IMG/VR virus record: IMGVR_UViG_3300049052_000077
Location: 1-49,751 of that record
DNA from: a virus
Lineage: Duplodnaviria; Caudoviricetes
Strand: one strand, 5' to 3'
Length of the DNA: 49,751 bases
Both the position numbers and the translations under genes were made by a program. Below, piece after piece: positions 1-9,054 of this stretch. The notes under the pieces were generated by a model that did no database searches, was not told where the DNA came from, and saw nothing but the letters and a program-made list of their open reading frames with translations. Each line of letters starts with the position of its first letter. Position 1 is the stretch's first letter.

Positions 1-129
1 TCATCGCGGGCCGCCCGCGTCGTGACGGTCGGGCTCGTGCCGGTTGTCCACTAGGGCCGCAGCCCAGCAGATGATGGCTACGGCAGCCAAGCCGCCGCCG
101 ATGAGGAAGCCGAGAAGAAGGTTGGGCAT
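1..129 (-). CDS. small membrane protein (42 aa)
   Basis: MPNLLLGFLIGGGLAAVAIICWAAALV hydrophobic helix; G-rich RBS before ATG 129; longer ORF call (to 261) looks over-extended. Confidence 0.55.
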   Translation of the reverse strand: MPNLLLGFLIGGGLAAVAIICWAAALVDNRHEPDRHDAGGPR

Positions 130-231
130 CTGATACCCCCTGGCGCGTGTGTGGTTAGGAGCGCCCGGCGTCGGGGGAGTCGGGGGGCCAACCCGACGCC
201 GGGCCATGCCGTTTATGGCGGCGTCATGACA

Positions 232-258
232 ATGACACAAATGGCATGCCCTTGTCAT
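232..258. promoter_or_regulatory. putative operator ATGAC-N6-GGCATGC-N3-TGTCAT, copy 1
   Basis: Same 27-bp layout as 943-969. Confidence 0.55.
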
Positions 259-279
259 CACATCCGGGAAATTCGTTGC

Positions 280-933
280 CTAACCGTGGAATTCCGACGT
301 CGGCAGGTCCGGGAACGAGTGCAACGTCCCCTGCGTCTGCACGATCGCGGCCAGCGCCTCACGGGCGAGCGGTTCTGTCGATGCCATCGCGCCCCAACCG
401 CTTTCGCTGATGCCGTCATGGGACAGTCCCGCCCAGCGACCCAACGCGAGAGTGCCGTGAGTGTTGAACACCAACTGGATGGTGCCGCAGGAGCTGATGC
501 CCTCATCGGTCGCCGCGTACCACCCGCACACCGATCGGTTGCGGATGAGCCGTGCCTCACCCACCCAGGAGTACGAGCCGGTGTCAGTGTGGTCGGGATC
601 GGATTCGCCGAGGATGCGGACGAACTCGCCGTCCTGGCGCATCGTCAGCCGCTCCATCTCGACACGCTCGACGTTATCCATCCACGTCTGCCACGCCGAA
701 TACCACGTGCCGGACAGGTCGAGGGCAGGTACACCATGCCCCGCAAGGGTCAGCAGTGAAATCTCCAGCGCCGCGGCCAGTCGGTCGGCGACGTCCAGCG
801 GTGGCTGGGTCGGCTCGGCGGGGTCCTCGTAGCGCGCGAGCTGGCGGGTGGAGATCCCCGCTGCGGCGGCGAGGTCGGGCTGGCTCATCCCTAGAACTGA
901 ACGACGTGTCTTGATTACTTCGTGTGTCTGCAT
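280..933 (-). CDS. XRE-family HTH regulator with C-terminal beta-barrel-like domain
   Basis: IKTRRSVLGMSQPDLAAAAGISTRQLARYE HTH; C-terminal DLSGTWYSAW...beta-rich region; start taken at MQTHEV. Confidence 0.8.
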   Translation of the reverse strand: MQTHEVIKTRRSVLGMSQPDLAAAAGISTRQLARYEDPAEPTQPPLDVADRLAAALEISLLTLAGHGVPALDLSGTWYSAWQTWMDNVERVEMERLTMRQDGEFVRILGESDPDHTDTGSYSWVGEARLIRNRSVCGWYAATDEGISSCGTIQLVFNTHGTLALGRWAGLSHDGISESGWGAMASTEPLAREALAAIVQTQGTLHSFPDLPTSEFHG

Positions 934-942
934 GGCACGATG

Positions 943-969
943 ATGACGTATCCGGCATGCTCGTGTCAT
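943..969. promoter_or_regulatory. putative operator ATGAC-N6-GGCATGC-N3-TGTCAT, copy 2
   Basis: Directly upstream of the XRE gene; matches 232-258. Confidence 0.55.
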
Positions 970-990
970 GGATTGCTGGTAAGTCGTACG

Positions 991-1161
991 ATGACCGGTA
1001 TGGTCCGACTGATCCCGCCCGTCCCGTACCGGCTGACGTTCGGCCCCAGCGAAGATCGCGAACCACCCGAACCGGTGCGCAGGGAGTTGCTGCGCCTTAC
1101 CGGCCATGTCCCCCTCGAGGTGGACGACAGCGGGGACCGTAAACTCCCCTCTCAAGACTGA
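991..1161 (+). CDS. hypothetical protein
   Basis: Short ORF divergent from the XRE gene, ending just before a strong hairpin. Confidence 0.3.
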   Translation: MTGMVRLIPPVPYRLTFGPSEDREPPEPVRRELLRLTGHVPLEVDDSGDRKLPSQD

Positions 1162-1171
1162 CTGTCTGCAT

Positions 1172-1207
1172 GAAAGCCGCCCCGGACTCCAATCCGGGGC
1201 GGCTTTC
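1172..1207. terminator. intrinsic terminator, probably bidirectional
   Basis: Perfect 15-bp stem GAAAGCCGCCCCGGA/TCCGGGGCGGCTTTC between convergent ORFs. Confidence 0.75.
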
Positions 1208-1230
1208 GTATGTCTCGCAAGTCTGCCGAA

Positions 1231-1485
1231 TCACGAATTGCGCCGCCGCGCACCTGCGGCCGCCAGGAGGGCGACCAAGTCCACCTTCAACCCCTTCGCG
1301 ATTGCGCCCATCTGCTCGACATCGAGCACGGCCTGCCCCTGCTCGATGTGTGAAAGTGTTCCCAGTGGGATGCCGCTCGCTGCGGCCAGCTCCTTCTGAG
1401 TCATGCGCTTGCGAGCACGTTCGGCACGGATCTCGTCAACTACCAAGCGTGTGTATTCGCCGATCTCGCGAGCGTTCGAAGCCAT
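1231..1485 (-). CDS. XRE-family HTH protein
   Basis: IRAERARKRMTQKELAAASGIPLGTLSHIEQG. Confidence 0.85.
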   Translation of the reverse strand: MASNAREIGEYTRLVVDEIRAERARKRMTQKELAAASGIPLGTLSHIEQGQAVLDVEQMGAIAKGLKVDLVALLAAAGARRRNS

Positions 1486-1487
1486 CC

Positions 1488-1670
1488 TCAGACCTTCTCA
1501 GAGCACCCGCCGGTTGACCAGTGCATGTCGCCGCCATTGCGTTCGAGCCAGGCGACGATCGGGTCCATCTGGTGGCGCAGCAACTCCAACTCCATGTCCA
1601 GGATGTGCCGCAGATCCGCAGGAACGGTGAACTGGAGTGTCACCACATCGGTGGTGGTCGTGATCATCAC
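1488..1670 (-). CDS. hypothetical protein
   Basis: GTGA overlap with upstream gene; fills the operon gap. Confidence 0.5.
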   Translation of the reverse strand: MMITTTTDVVTLQFTVPADLRHILDMELELLRHQMDPIVAWLERNGGDMHWSTGGCSEKV

Positions 1671-1993
1671 CGGATGACACCCAGCATGTCTGGGCACGTC
1701 ACGTCCACCATGGTGCCGAGGGCGTGGCCAAGTTGGTGCGGGTAGTGGTCCACGGCCAGATGCTCGAGAGCGGCCCGCTTCCCGGCGGGGGTGGGGTCGG
1801 CGCGCAGGATGCCGCACACATCGGTGGCGGTCTGGATGATCTCCGGCTGGAACTGGCGGTTGACTCCACCGAGCAGGAGGCGGGCCTCCATCTGCTGGCC
1901 GTCGGTCCATCCGGGCCACGGCGCGGCGTTGGCGGGCCAGGGGGTGAGGGATAATGCGGCGGCAGCGAGGGCGGTGAGAGCGACGCGGATCAT
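1667..1993 (-). CDS. secreted protein, DUF732-like
   Basis: Signal peptide MIRVALTALAAAALSLTPWPANA; two Cys (VCGIL...TCP); GAAGGAG RBS. Confidence 0.65.
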   Translation of the reverse strand: MIRVALTALAAAALSLTPWPANAAPWPGWTDGQQMEARLLLGGVNRQFQPEIIQTATDVCGILRADPTPAGKRAALEHLAVDHYPHQLGHALGTMVDVTCPDMLGVIR

Positions 1994-2130
1994 CCCGGTC
2001 TCCTTCGGCTTGAAGTGGGGAACTGTCGGGGCGGCGGTGCGCGTTGAAATAGACATAACGGTCCTAGATGGCGTGCTGACCAGGCGCTTTGGCTAGAGGT
2101 AGCATCCATGGGAGTCGAGACAACAGGAGG

Positions 2131-2174
2131 CGTGTTTTGCGTACCACGAGCAATCTGGTGGTACGCAAACCACG
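2131..2174. other. putative attP (serine integrase)
   Basis: 44-bp inverted repeat with 12-bp perfect arms TTTGCGTACCAC/GTGGTACGCAAA around central AA, immediately upstream of the integrase; no U-tract. Confidence 0.6.
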
Positions 2175-2219
2175 GGGCTAGAGTAGCCTTCACCGCGGCA
2201 GCCGTCCAGAGCTGCCGGA

Positions 2220-3593
2220 ATGCCGATGGAGGCTACCGTGAAGCGCGCCGCTGTCTACCTCCGACAGTCCGAAGACCGCGACGATGATCAGCTCGCCATC
2301 TCACGACAGCGCGAGGACTGTCACAAGCTCTGCGCCCAGCGCGGCTGGGAGCCCATCGACTACGTCGACAATGACACCTCCGCCGTCGGGGCGAAGCGGA
2401 AACGGCCAGCCTGGGATCAGATGCTCGCCGACATAGAGGCTGGGACAGTCCAGGCGATGGTGTGCTGGGACCTCGACCGGCTCTACCGCGAGCCCATCGA
2501 CCTCGAGTACCTGATTCCCCTCGCCGATCGTATGGGCATCCCCCTGGCCACCGTCACGGGCGACGTGGACCTCTCCACCGACAACGGCCGAATGATCGCG
2601 CGCATCAAGGGGGCTGTGGCTCGGGCCGAGATTGATCGGCGCTCGGCGCGGCAGAAGCGCAAGATGCGCCAGATGGCCGAGGCGGGGGAGGCATGGGCTT
2701 CGCGGCGGCCGTTCGGCTACAACCTCGATGACACTGCGGTTCCGAAGGAGTTGGCCGCGGTTACCGAGGCGTACGAGATGGTGCTGGCGGGGCACTCGCT
2801 GATGTCGATCGTCAGGGATTGGAACGAGCGCGGCCTGAAGTCCACGCTGGGCAACGAGTTCAAGTCTCAGGTGTCGGTGCGGAAGATCCTCCAGAACCCG
2901 CGCTATGCGGGCCTGCGGTCCTATAACGGCGAGATCCTGGGCAAGGCCAAGTGGCCGGCCGCGGTCACCGAGGACGTCTACCGGTCGGTGTGCGACATCC
3001 TGGCCGATCCCGCTCGGCGCTCTGGAACGTCTACCGGGCGCGTCTATCTGCTCACCGGGATTGCGCTGTGCGGGCTGTGCGGTGCTGCAATGGATGTCAC
3101 GAGTACGACCCGCACGCGGCGCCCGGCGTATCGGTGCCGGGCTTGTTTCAAAACCCAGAGGCAGGTGTCCCTGGTCGATGACCATGTGACCGATCTCGTG
3201 GTCGCCTGGCTGTCGCGCCCGGAGGCAGGGGAGATCTTGATCGACCAGAACCGCCCGGACATCAAGGAGTTGCGCCTGGAGGCCGCCGCGATGACGGCGA
3301 AGCTGGAGTCCATTGCCACCAAGTGGGCTGACGACCTGCTGACCGATGAGCAGGTGGCGGTGATGACGAAGCGGGCGAAGGCGCGGCGGGATGCTGCGCT
3401 GTCTGCGATGGAGGATGCGAACAAGGCGAGGCTGTTCAAGGGCGTGGTTGGGGATGGCGCGCAGACCTTTCCGGATCTGCTGTTGGATCGCCGCCGGGCG
3501 ATCGTTGACGCGCTGATGACGGTGACTTTCCGGAAGGCGCCGCGGCCGGGGCGGTTCGACCCGAGGTCGATCGAGGTGGATTGGAAGGGTTAG
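2220..3593 (+). CDS. int: large serine integrase
   Basis: AVYLRQS catalytic motif, WDLDRLYR, recombinase domain (RPFGY, NPRYAG), Zn ribbon CGLCG...YRC. Confidence 0.95.
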   Translation: MPMEATVKRAAVYLRQSEDRDDDQLAISRQREDCHKLCAQRGWEPIDYVDNDTSAVGAKRKRPAWDQMLADIEAGTVQAMVCWDLDRLYREPIDLEYLIPLADRMGIPLATVTGDVDLSTDNGRMIARIKGAVARAEIDRRSARQKRKMRQMAEAGEAWASRRPFGYNLDDTAVPKELAAVTEAYEMVLAGHSLMSIVRDWNERGLKSTLGNEFKSQVSVRKILQNPRYAGLRSYNGEILGKAKWPAAVTEDVYRSVCDILADPARRSGTSTGRVYLLTGIALCGLCGAAMDVTSTTRTRRPAYRCRACFKTQRQVSLVDDHVTDLVVAWLSRPEAGEILIDQNRPDIKELRLEAAAMTAKLESIATKWADDLLTDEQVAVMTKRAKARRDAALSAMEDANKARLFKGVVGDGAQTFPDLLLDRRRAIVDALMTVTFRKAPRPGRFDPRSIEVDWKG

Positions 3594-3839
3594 CTGGAAA
3601 GCAACCGACCGGTCTCGAATCCCCGTGGCTTGCGTCGTCTTTCGCGGGCTGGAACGAAATCAGTTCAGCGCTGAACGTTTGCCGTGGTGAACGGTAACAG
3701 TTTGAGATTGTCCGGACCGTTACCCGCGTAAACGTACCGTAAAGCTTTCAACCAGAACTATCATCCACTTCACTGGTGACACGTAAAGGAAGCTGCGTGC
3801 ACGGAGGCGCGGGAAGGTCGGGGAGAGCGGAAGGTCAGG

Positions 3840-4172
3840 ATGTTGTTTGGGGCAGGGCAAACAGAGGGCGAGCTACCCGGGATAGCGGATCGCCCAACGG
3901 TACTGGTCGAGTCCGTCGCTGGCATCACCGAAGCGGCGCCCTCGGGAGAGATCTTGGCAGGTAGCGTCTGGACTGTCATCGCGGCGGTCATTCTCAGGCG
4001 TGGGAAGGTAGTGAAGGTGCCGTGCCACGGGTTGACGGCGGAGCAGCAGGTCGCCTTGGATGCTGCTGCGGAAGCGGTCTGGCTGCACGGCCGAGATGTC
4101 CTAACGGGCTGGCAGCATCATTCCAAGCTCGGATGGTTCACCGACGTCAGGGTTGCTACTCATCAGCCGTGA
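3840..4172 (+). CDS. hypothetical protein
   Basis: ORF between integrase and repressor; start uncertain. Confidence 0.4.
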   Translation: MLFGAGQTEGELPGIADRPTVLVESVAGITEAAPSGEILAGSVWTVIAAVILRRGKVVKVPCHGLTAEQQVALDAAAEAVWLHGRDVLTGWQHHSKLGWFTDVRVATHQP

Positions 4173-4635
4173 GATCGTCGCGAGTCAGCATCCGTGCGAG
4201 CCGCTCGTCGTTCGTCGGCGTACCGGAGAGGTAGCTGGGGTCTGGGCGCCCATCCGGCAGGTATCGCACAGAGTCGTTGGACCTGATCTGATGCAGCAAG
4301 GTCAGCAGTATCTGCCGTCCGTGTTCCGACAGCGTCGGATCGGTCCGAATGGCTGTCTCCGAGTCCGCCTCTGGCTCGGTCAGGATGATCCCCATGTCTG
4401 CCAGCGCTGCGCGCGCCACCGTGGCGGGCGTGACACCCAAGCCCGCGGCCAACCCGAAGATGGTGCTGCGGCTGAGGGAAGGGTTCTCCCCGCCGGCGAC
4501 CCGGCCGACGTTGGACTTGCCCAGCTTCTGTCCCCGCGCCTTCGCTCGCTCGACAACTTGTGCGTCCGATAAGTCGTTGAGTCGCTTCTGTTGCTCGATC
4601 AACGCACCCAGGTGCGACTCATGGCGTGTGGCCAT
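4156..4635 (-). CDS. immunity repressor (HTH)
   Basis: Divergent from Cro-like gene; HTH-like SDAQVVERAK...KSNVGRV; GAAGGAGG RBS. Confidence 0.75.
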   Translation of the reverse strand: MATRHESHLGALIEQQKRLNDLSDAQVVERAKARGQKLGKSNVGRVAGGENPSLSRSTIFGLAAGLGVTPATVARAALADMGIILTEPEADSETAIRTDPTLSEHGRQILLTLLHQIRSNDSVRYLPDGRPDPSYLSGTPTNDERLARMLTRDDLTADE

Positions 4636-4667
4636 GCGGTCCTCCTTCGAGGGCTCAAGCCCTATGT

Positions 4668-4885
4668 CGGGACATCAACGCGGTCACAGGACACGACTAA
4701 ATTGTGGTCTACGTGCCCAGGTGGACACCATAACTATGCCATGGCTTAGTTCGGAAGTATGCAGGTCGGAACGCATTCTTGCGTCCGTTTGCGCGGCGTT
4801 TGGTTGCTGAGTGGACACCAAGCGGTATCAAAGCGACCATAATTACTGGACACCATGACCACAGACGAGTAGCTTTAGGTCCACA
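4668..4885. promoter_or_regulatory. lysis/lysogeny switch: TGGACACCA repeats and rightward promoter
   Basis: TGGACACCA at 4722, 4812 and 4847 plus degenerate copies; TGGACA(4847)-17-TAGCTT(4870). Confidence 0.65.
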
Positions 4886-4910
4886 GGATCCGCTAGCGCA
4901 GGAGGTGCCG

Positions 4911-5162
4911 ATGATCCTGAGAGACCACAAGAAGCTCGCGAGGCTGATGGTCGTCCAGGGCGTTAGCCACCGCCAGCTGGCCGCCGTCGCGGGGTACAAG
5001 GCACACAGCCATGTTGGACGCTTGGTTCGCGGGCAGGCGCGGCACGTCGCGACCGACGCTGCACTTCGGATCGCTCATCGATTGCGGGTAGGCGTGGAAG
5101 ACCTTTTTTTGCCCGAGGAGACCAGTAATTCTGGCCGTCAAGACCACAAGAAGGTGTCATGA
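4911..5162 (+). CDS. Cro-like HTH protein
   Basis: VSHRQLAAVAGYKAHSHVGRLVRG...VGVEDLF; AGGAGG RBS. Confidence 0.85.
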   Translation: MILRDHKKLARLMVVQGVSHRQLAAVAGYKAHSHVGRLVRGQARHVATDAALRIAHRLRVGVEDLFLPEETSNSGRQDHKKVS

Positions 5163-5305
5163 CGCGGGACGAGCGGTACGAGGCGGAGAAGCGCGCATGG
5201 ATCGCGGAGCAGTTGAAGAACTGCCCGCCGCCCACCGAGCGACAGAAGCAACTGATCCGGACTGCGTTCGCAGCCCATCGCCGAGAGAAGGGGAAGGCGG
5301 CATGA
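5159..5305 (+). CDS. 48-aa protein (not in ORF track)
   Basis: MTRDERYEAEKRAWIAEQLKNCPPPTERQKQLIRTAF...; ATGA overlaps at both ends. Confidence 0.65.
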   Translation: MTRDERYEAEKRAWIAEQLKNCPPPTERQKQLIRTAFAAHRREKGKAA

Positions 5306-6084
5306 GCACCGACCTGATGCCGTTCACCTACGAGGGCGCGACCGTCCGCACGGTGCTGATCGACGGAGAACCGTGGTTTGTTGCCCGCGACATCTGCAAC
5401 ATCCTCGGCCTGCCGAATCTGTCGATGGCTATGCAGCGACTCGCGGACGACGAGAAGGGGGTCAATCGGATTGACACCCCTGGTGGACCGCAGGAGATGG
5501 CGGTCGTCAGCGAGTCGGGCATGTACGCGCTCGTGCTCCGATCAGACAAGCCGGAGGCGGCGCGATTCCGGCGCTGGATTACCACCGAGGTCTTGCCGAC
5601 GATCCGGAAGACCGGGGGTTACAACACTGCTCCCGCGCTGACCGGTCCGGAGCTGCTCGCCCATGCCGTCTTGGAAGCGCAGCAGATGATCGCGGCCAAG
5701 GATCAGCAGATCGCCGAGCTGAGCGAGAAGGTCGCCGAGGACGCCCCGAAGGTCAACTACGTCGAGCTGTACGTCGCCGAGTCCGACCTGCTGAAGCTGC
5801 GTGTGGTCGCGGCGAACAACGACGTCGGCGAGAACTGGTTGCGGGATCTGCTCGTGGAAAAGGGCTGGATCTACGTGGAGACCGAGTCCCGCTGGTCGGA
5901 GCGTAAGCAGTGCAAGGAGATCCGCCGCCGCTACTCGGCGTATGCGCACAAGCGGCAGTACTTCCGGCCGGTCGAGGTGCATGAGGCTCCCCGGTTCCGC
6001 GGTGAGGTCATGCACACGTTGAAGGTGACCCCGGCTGGTGCTGAGGCTGTCGCGCGCCTGGTCGAGCGGGAGCGTGCGGCATGA
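5302..6084 (+). CDS. BRO-N / KilAC-type antirepressor
   Basis: VRTVLIDGEPWFVARDIC...VSESGMYALVLRSDKPEAARFRRWITTEVLPTIRKTGGY; C-terminal TLKVTPAG. Confidence 0.9.
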   Translation: MSTDLMPFTYEGATVRTVLIDGEPWFVARDICNILGLPNLSMAMQRLADDEKGVNRIDTPGGPQEMAVVSESGMYALVLRSDKPEAARFRRWITTEVLPTIRKTGGYNTAPALTGPELLAHAVLEAQQMIAAKDQQIAELSEKVAEDAPKVNYVELYVAESDLLKLRVVAANNDVGENWLRDLLVEKGWIYVETESRWSERKQCKEIRRRYSAYAHKRQYFRPVEVHEAPRFRGEVMHTLKVTPAGAEAVARLVERERAA

Positions 6085-6476
6085 GGGCTCAATTCGTTTG
6101 GCGTCTGGTGGTCGATTCCTGGCCGACCGAGAACGGCTTGCCGTTTGAGTGCCAGGGATTCGACTACTGGGACGAGATCGCCCGCGCGTTCGAGAACAAC
6201 GAGCCCGTGCCGTCGTGGCTCCCGGATCTGCGGCCGTGGCTGGCGCGCGGTGACGAGTCGCCCCAGCGCGAGGGATACGCCATCGCCTACGACGATCCGC
6301 CCGACCCGCGCACCGGATATCCCGGATTCCCCGAGTACGTGATGAACGTGCCGTCCGCTCCGACGCGCACCTACCTGTCGCGGTCGTCGGTGGCGGGACG
6401 TTTGGCCGATCTCCTGGCCTGGGGTTGCGAGGCGCATATCGAGCGCGCGCCTATCGGCGAATGGGCGGCGTCGTGA
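6081..6476 (+). CDS. hypothetical protein
   Basis: Translationally coupled within the early operon. Confidence 0.7.
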   Translation: MRAQFVWRLVVDSWPTENGLPFECQGFDYWDEIARAFENNEPVPSWLPDLRPWLARGDESPQREGYAIAYDDPPDPRTGYPGFPEYVMNVPSAPTRTYLSRSSVAGRLADLLAWGCEAHIERAPIGEWAAS

Positions 6477-6568
6477 TCCTCCTCCTGACTCCCGTCGCCG
6501 CTGGCTTGATCCTCTCCTTCCCTGTGCATCTTCTCGTCGCTCACGCGATCAAGAGGGGGCGGAGATGA
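6473..6568 (+). CDS. small membrane peptide (31 aa)
   Basis: VILLLTPVAAGLILSFPVHLLVAHAIKRGRR; 4-nt overlaps on both sides. Confidence 0.5.
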   Translation: MILLLTPVAAGLILSFPVHLLVAHAIKRGRR

Positions 6569-7119
6569 ACGACCAGGAGTACGAGATCTTCCGCCACTAC
6601 CAGCAGTTGGTGTCCGACGTCATGCACGTCCTGGGCATCACGAATGGCGATGACGAGGCGATCCTGGCCCGCCTGCGTGGCGTGATCATGGAGCGCGACG
6701 GGGCGATGAACGCGCTGAAGATCGCCAACGAGCACCGACTGGCGCTTCTTCGCCCGCGCGCCGACAGCAGTGGGACCATCCCCGCCGTTGCCGACCCGTT
6801 CGTTCAAAGCCTCTTCAAACCATTCGAGCCTGATGTCTCCCTCGGCGCGGTCCCCCCTGCCGCCGAGGGTGGGCGTCCCGGCGGTGATGGCAGCGGACCC
6901 CTCGCCGCGCCCCGCCGGGACATGCCCGACGAGCGGACCGCCGCGATGCGGCGCTGGTACGACGCGCTGTTTCTGATCGCGAGTAACCCCTGCTCGAACG
7001 GCGACCCGGCAGTGGCCTGCCCTGACGAGTTCGGTGCCGACCGGAAGCGGTGGTGCAGCTACTGCATCGCTGCCGATGCCCTGAATCCTCGCGTGCCCGA
7101 CGAGGGGGTACAGCGATGA
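6565..7119 (+). CDS. hypothetical protein, Cys-rich C-terminus
   Basis: Coupled ORF; C..C..WCSYC. Confidence 0.65.
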   Translation: MNDQEYEIFRHYQQLVSDVMHVLGITNGDDEAILARLRGVIMERDGAMNALKIANEHRLALLRPRADSSGTIPAVADPFVQSLFKPFEPDVSLGAVPPAAEGGRPGGDGSGPLAAPRRDMPDERTAAMRRWYDALFLIASNPCSNGDPAVACPDEFGADRKRWCSYCIAADALNPRVPDEGVQR

Positions 7120-7433
7120 CCGGACAGCTGCACTTCATCATCACGATCAGCTGGAGCGTTGCGCCGAACTCGTGGACGAAGTCCTCGGTTTACGGCCTGA
7201 CCGACCATCAGGGTTCCCGGTACGAGGTGTTCGAGCACCTCGTGCAGTACGTGAAGGAACTCAAGGGCATCCCCGACTACGCCTCGACCGTGGTGGATTT
7301 CTTCGCGCTTGAGCCGAACGTCCCGAATCCCCCCGATTCCTCACCACAGCCTCACCCGCTGCGTAGTGAGGCTGCACGCCCCGAGCCGTCACGTGATGGC
7401 GATCTCGGCGGTCCGGGGCGTGCCTCCAACTGA
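7116..7433 (+). CDS. hypothetical protein
   Basis: ATGA overlap. Confidence 0.6.
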   Translation: MTGQLHFIITISWSVAPNSWTKSSVYGLTDHQGSRYEVFEHLVQYVKELKGIPDYASTVVDFFALEPNVPNPPDSSPQPHPLRSEAARPEPSRDGDLGGPGRASN

Positions 7434-7501
7434 ACAAGAAAGAGGCCGCCGAGCACCACCTCGACGGCCACCAAACAACACGCGAGAAAGAAGTCTACCC
7501 C

Positions 7502-7726
7502 ATGCTGGTTCACCCCGCCGCGTACGAGCAGTACGTAGCCCAGTTACTGGCCACCCCAGCCGATTCCACCGAGCACCGTATCGCGGAGGTTGTCGCCGCG
7601 ATGTCCGACGACGACGCCCTGCTGACGCTGTTGTTCGAGATCTACACCGAGGACCCGGCGAACACCCGCGAGTTCGCCCTGGCGGCGCACCTGCTGTCGC
7701 TGCTGTTCCCGCTGGGAGGGAAGTGA
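7502..7726 (+). CDS. hypothetical protein
   Basis: GC3-biased ORF, coupled downstream. Confidence 0.6.
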   Translation: MLVHPAAYEQYVAQLLATPADSTEHRIAEVVAAMSDDDALLTLLFEIYTEDPANTREFALAAHLLSLLFPLGGK

Positions 7727-8022
7727 TGAGCAGCGGGTACGACCACGGCCCGCTCGACACCTACGAGATCGTCTGGACCTCCGGGCATGTCGAGTACATC
7801 CAGGCGCACCAGGTGTTGCTGCCGCCTGAGGACTCGTTCCCGTTCAAGCTCGGCGACGGCGTGTACGGCTCGACGGGAACGACGACGAGGCCGCGCCGGG
7901 GCTGGGCATTCCATGGCGAGATCGACGGCCACTGGCGACTGCTGCTGTCGGCGCGCGCTGAGGACATCCGCTCGGTGCGGAACGTCACCCACACCCGTGA
8001 CGAGGTCGGTGGTGCGTCGTGA
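7726..8022 (+). CDS. hypothetical protein
   Basis: TGATG overlap, GGAGG RBS. Confidence 0.65.
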   Translation: MSSGYDHGPLDTYEIVWTSGHVEYIQAHQVLLPPEDSFPFKLGDGVYGSTGTTTRPRRGWAFHGEIDGHWRLLLSARAEDIRSVRNVTHTRDEVGGAS

Positions 8023-8207
8023 CCCGCCTGCACATGCCGCACCCGCATCTGGCCGAGCGTTTCGCCGCCGCCTTCTCGTCCGCGCTGCATCGCGGGCTGT
8101 CCGCTGACGACCTCACCACCTCCGCTGCCGTGGCCCGGTGGGCGGAGTGGACACCGACACACACCTGGATGGCCGAGCACGGCCGGAACGAGGGGGAGGC
8201 CCGATGA
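8019..8207 (+). CDS. hypothetical protein
   Basis: Coupled ORF. Confidence 0.55.
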   Translation: MTRLHMPHPHLAERFAAAFSSALHRGLSADDLTTSAAVARWAEWTPTHTWMAEHGRNEGEAR

Positions 8208-8758
8208 CCCTGCACACGCGCATGCAGCGCGCGCAGCAGTTGACCGCCGACATCAAGGCGGCGCTGACTCTGGATTACGACACCCAGATCTACCGGCACG
8301 CCCGCACGCTCGCTGTCGTTCGCGCGCTGTGGGAGTCGCGGCGTCTGTGGCAGGAGCGCACCGAGCAGGCCCGTGAGGGCGGCAAGTTCCTGGGCAAGGC
8401 CATCGCCGAGCTGAACGATATCGCCCTCGACGCCACCGGCATGCACGACGCCATCGGCGAGAACCGGGACGGTGACTGGCAGGCCGTGTGGGAGAACGTC
8501 TCCGACCTGGGGGAGCGTCTGCGGTCGGCTCAGCGGCGGATCGGGGACCTCCAAGCCATGAACTCCGGCGCCGAGCACCGCATCGACGAGTTGGAGTCGG
8601 ACCTTGTCCGCATCGCCAAGCTGGAGGCCGAGCGGGATTCCGCGCGTGCCCAGTTCGGTCTCCTGTTCGACTTCCTCGCTGAGCGCGGCGCGTCCTTCTC
8701 CACAGAGCGGGGAAAGGTCGTCGCTGTCTCGCTGCCGGAAGCGCAGGTGCAGCGATGA
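8204..8758 (+). CDS. coiled-coil hypothetical protein
   Basis: Coupled ORF with heptad-like segment. Confidence 0.7.
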   Translation: MTLHTRMQRAQQLTADIKAALTLDYDTQIYRHARTLAVVRALWESRRLWQERTEQAREGGKFLGKAIAELNDIALDATGMHDAIGENRDGDWQAVWENVSDLGERLRSAQRRIGDLQAMNSGAEHRIDELESDLVRIAKLEAERDSARAQFGLLFDFLAERGASFSTERGKVVAVSLPEAQVQR

Positions 8759-9054
8759 GCGGCACTGCCTACCGCACCGACCTGTACGCCACCACCGAGC
8801 TGGGGCCGTTCGCTCGGCGCGACGCCGCCGTCTACGAACTCGACCCGCCCCTGCTGCATCACGCGGGTGTGACGTCGTTCGTGATCGTCGCCGTCAACCG
8901 CGCGGCCGCGCTGGTGGATGTGTTCCCGGCGTTCGATGACGGCCGTATCGCGGAGTGGGAGCCGTTGAACGCCGACCAGTTCGGGCAGCACGACGCGAAC
9001 CGGGCGTTGAAGGACCTGGGCTACGAGGTGGTGACCGTCGATGGCCGCGCCTGA
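8755..9054 (+). CDS. hypothetical protein
   Basis: Coupled ORF. Confidence 0.65.
   Translation: MSGTAYRTDLYATTELGPFARRDAAVYELDPPLLHHAGVTSFVIVAVNRAAALVDVFPAFDDGRIAEWEPLNADQFGQHDANRALKDLGYEVVTVDGRA

Noticed and set aside
934-1155. N-terminal extension of the XRE ORF to 1155
   Set aside because: The HTH begins at 933 and the extension spans the operator/promoter region.
2090-2119. Sixth CTCGAG-class promoter on the minus strand (CTCGAC-N18-TAGCCA)
   Set aside because: Mismatches in both elements, including the conserved final T of the -10.
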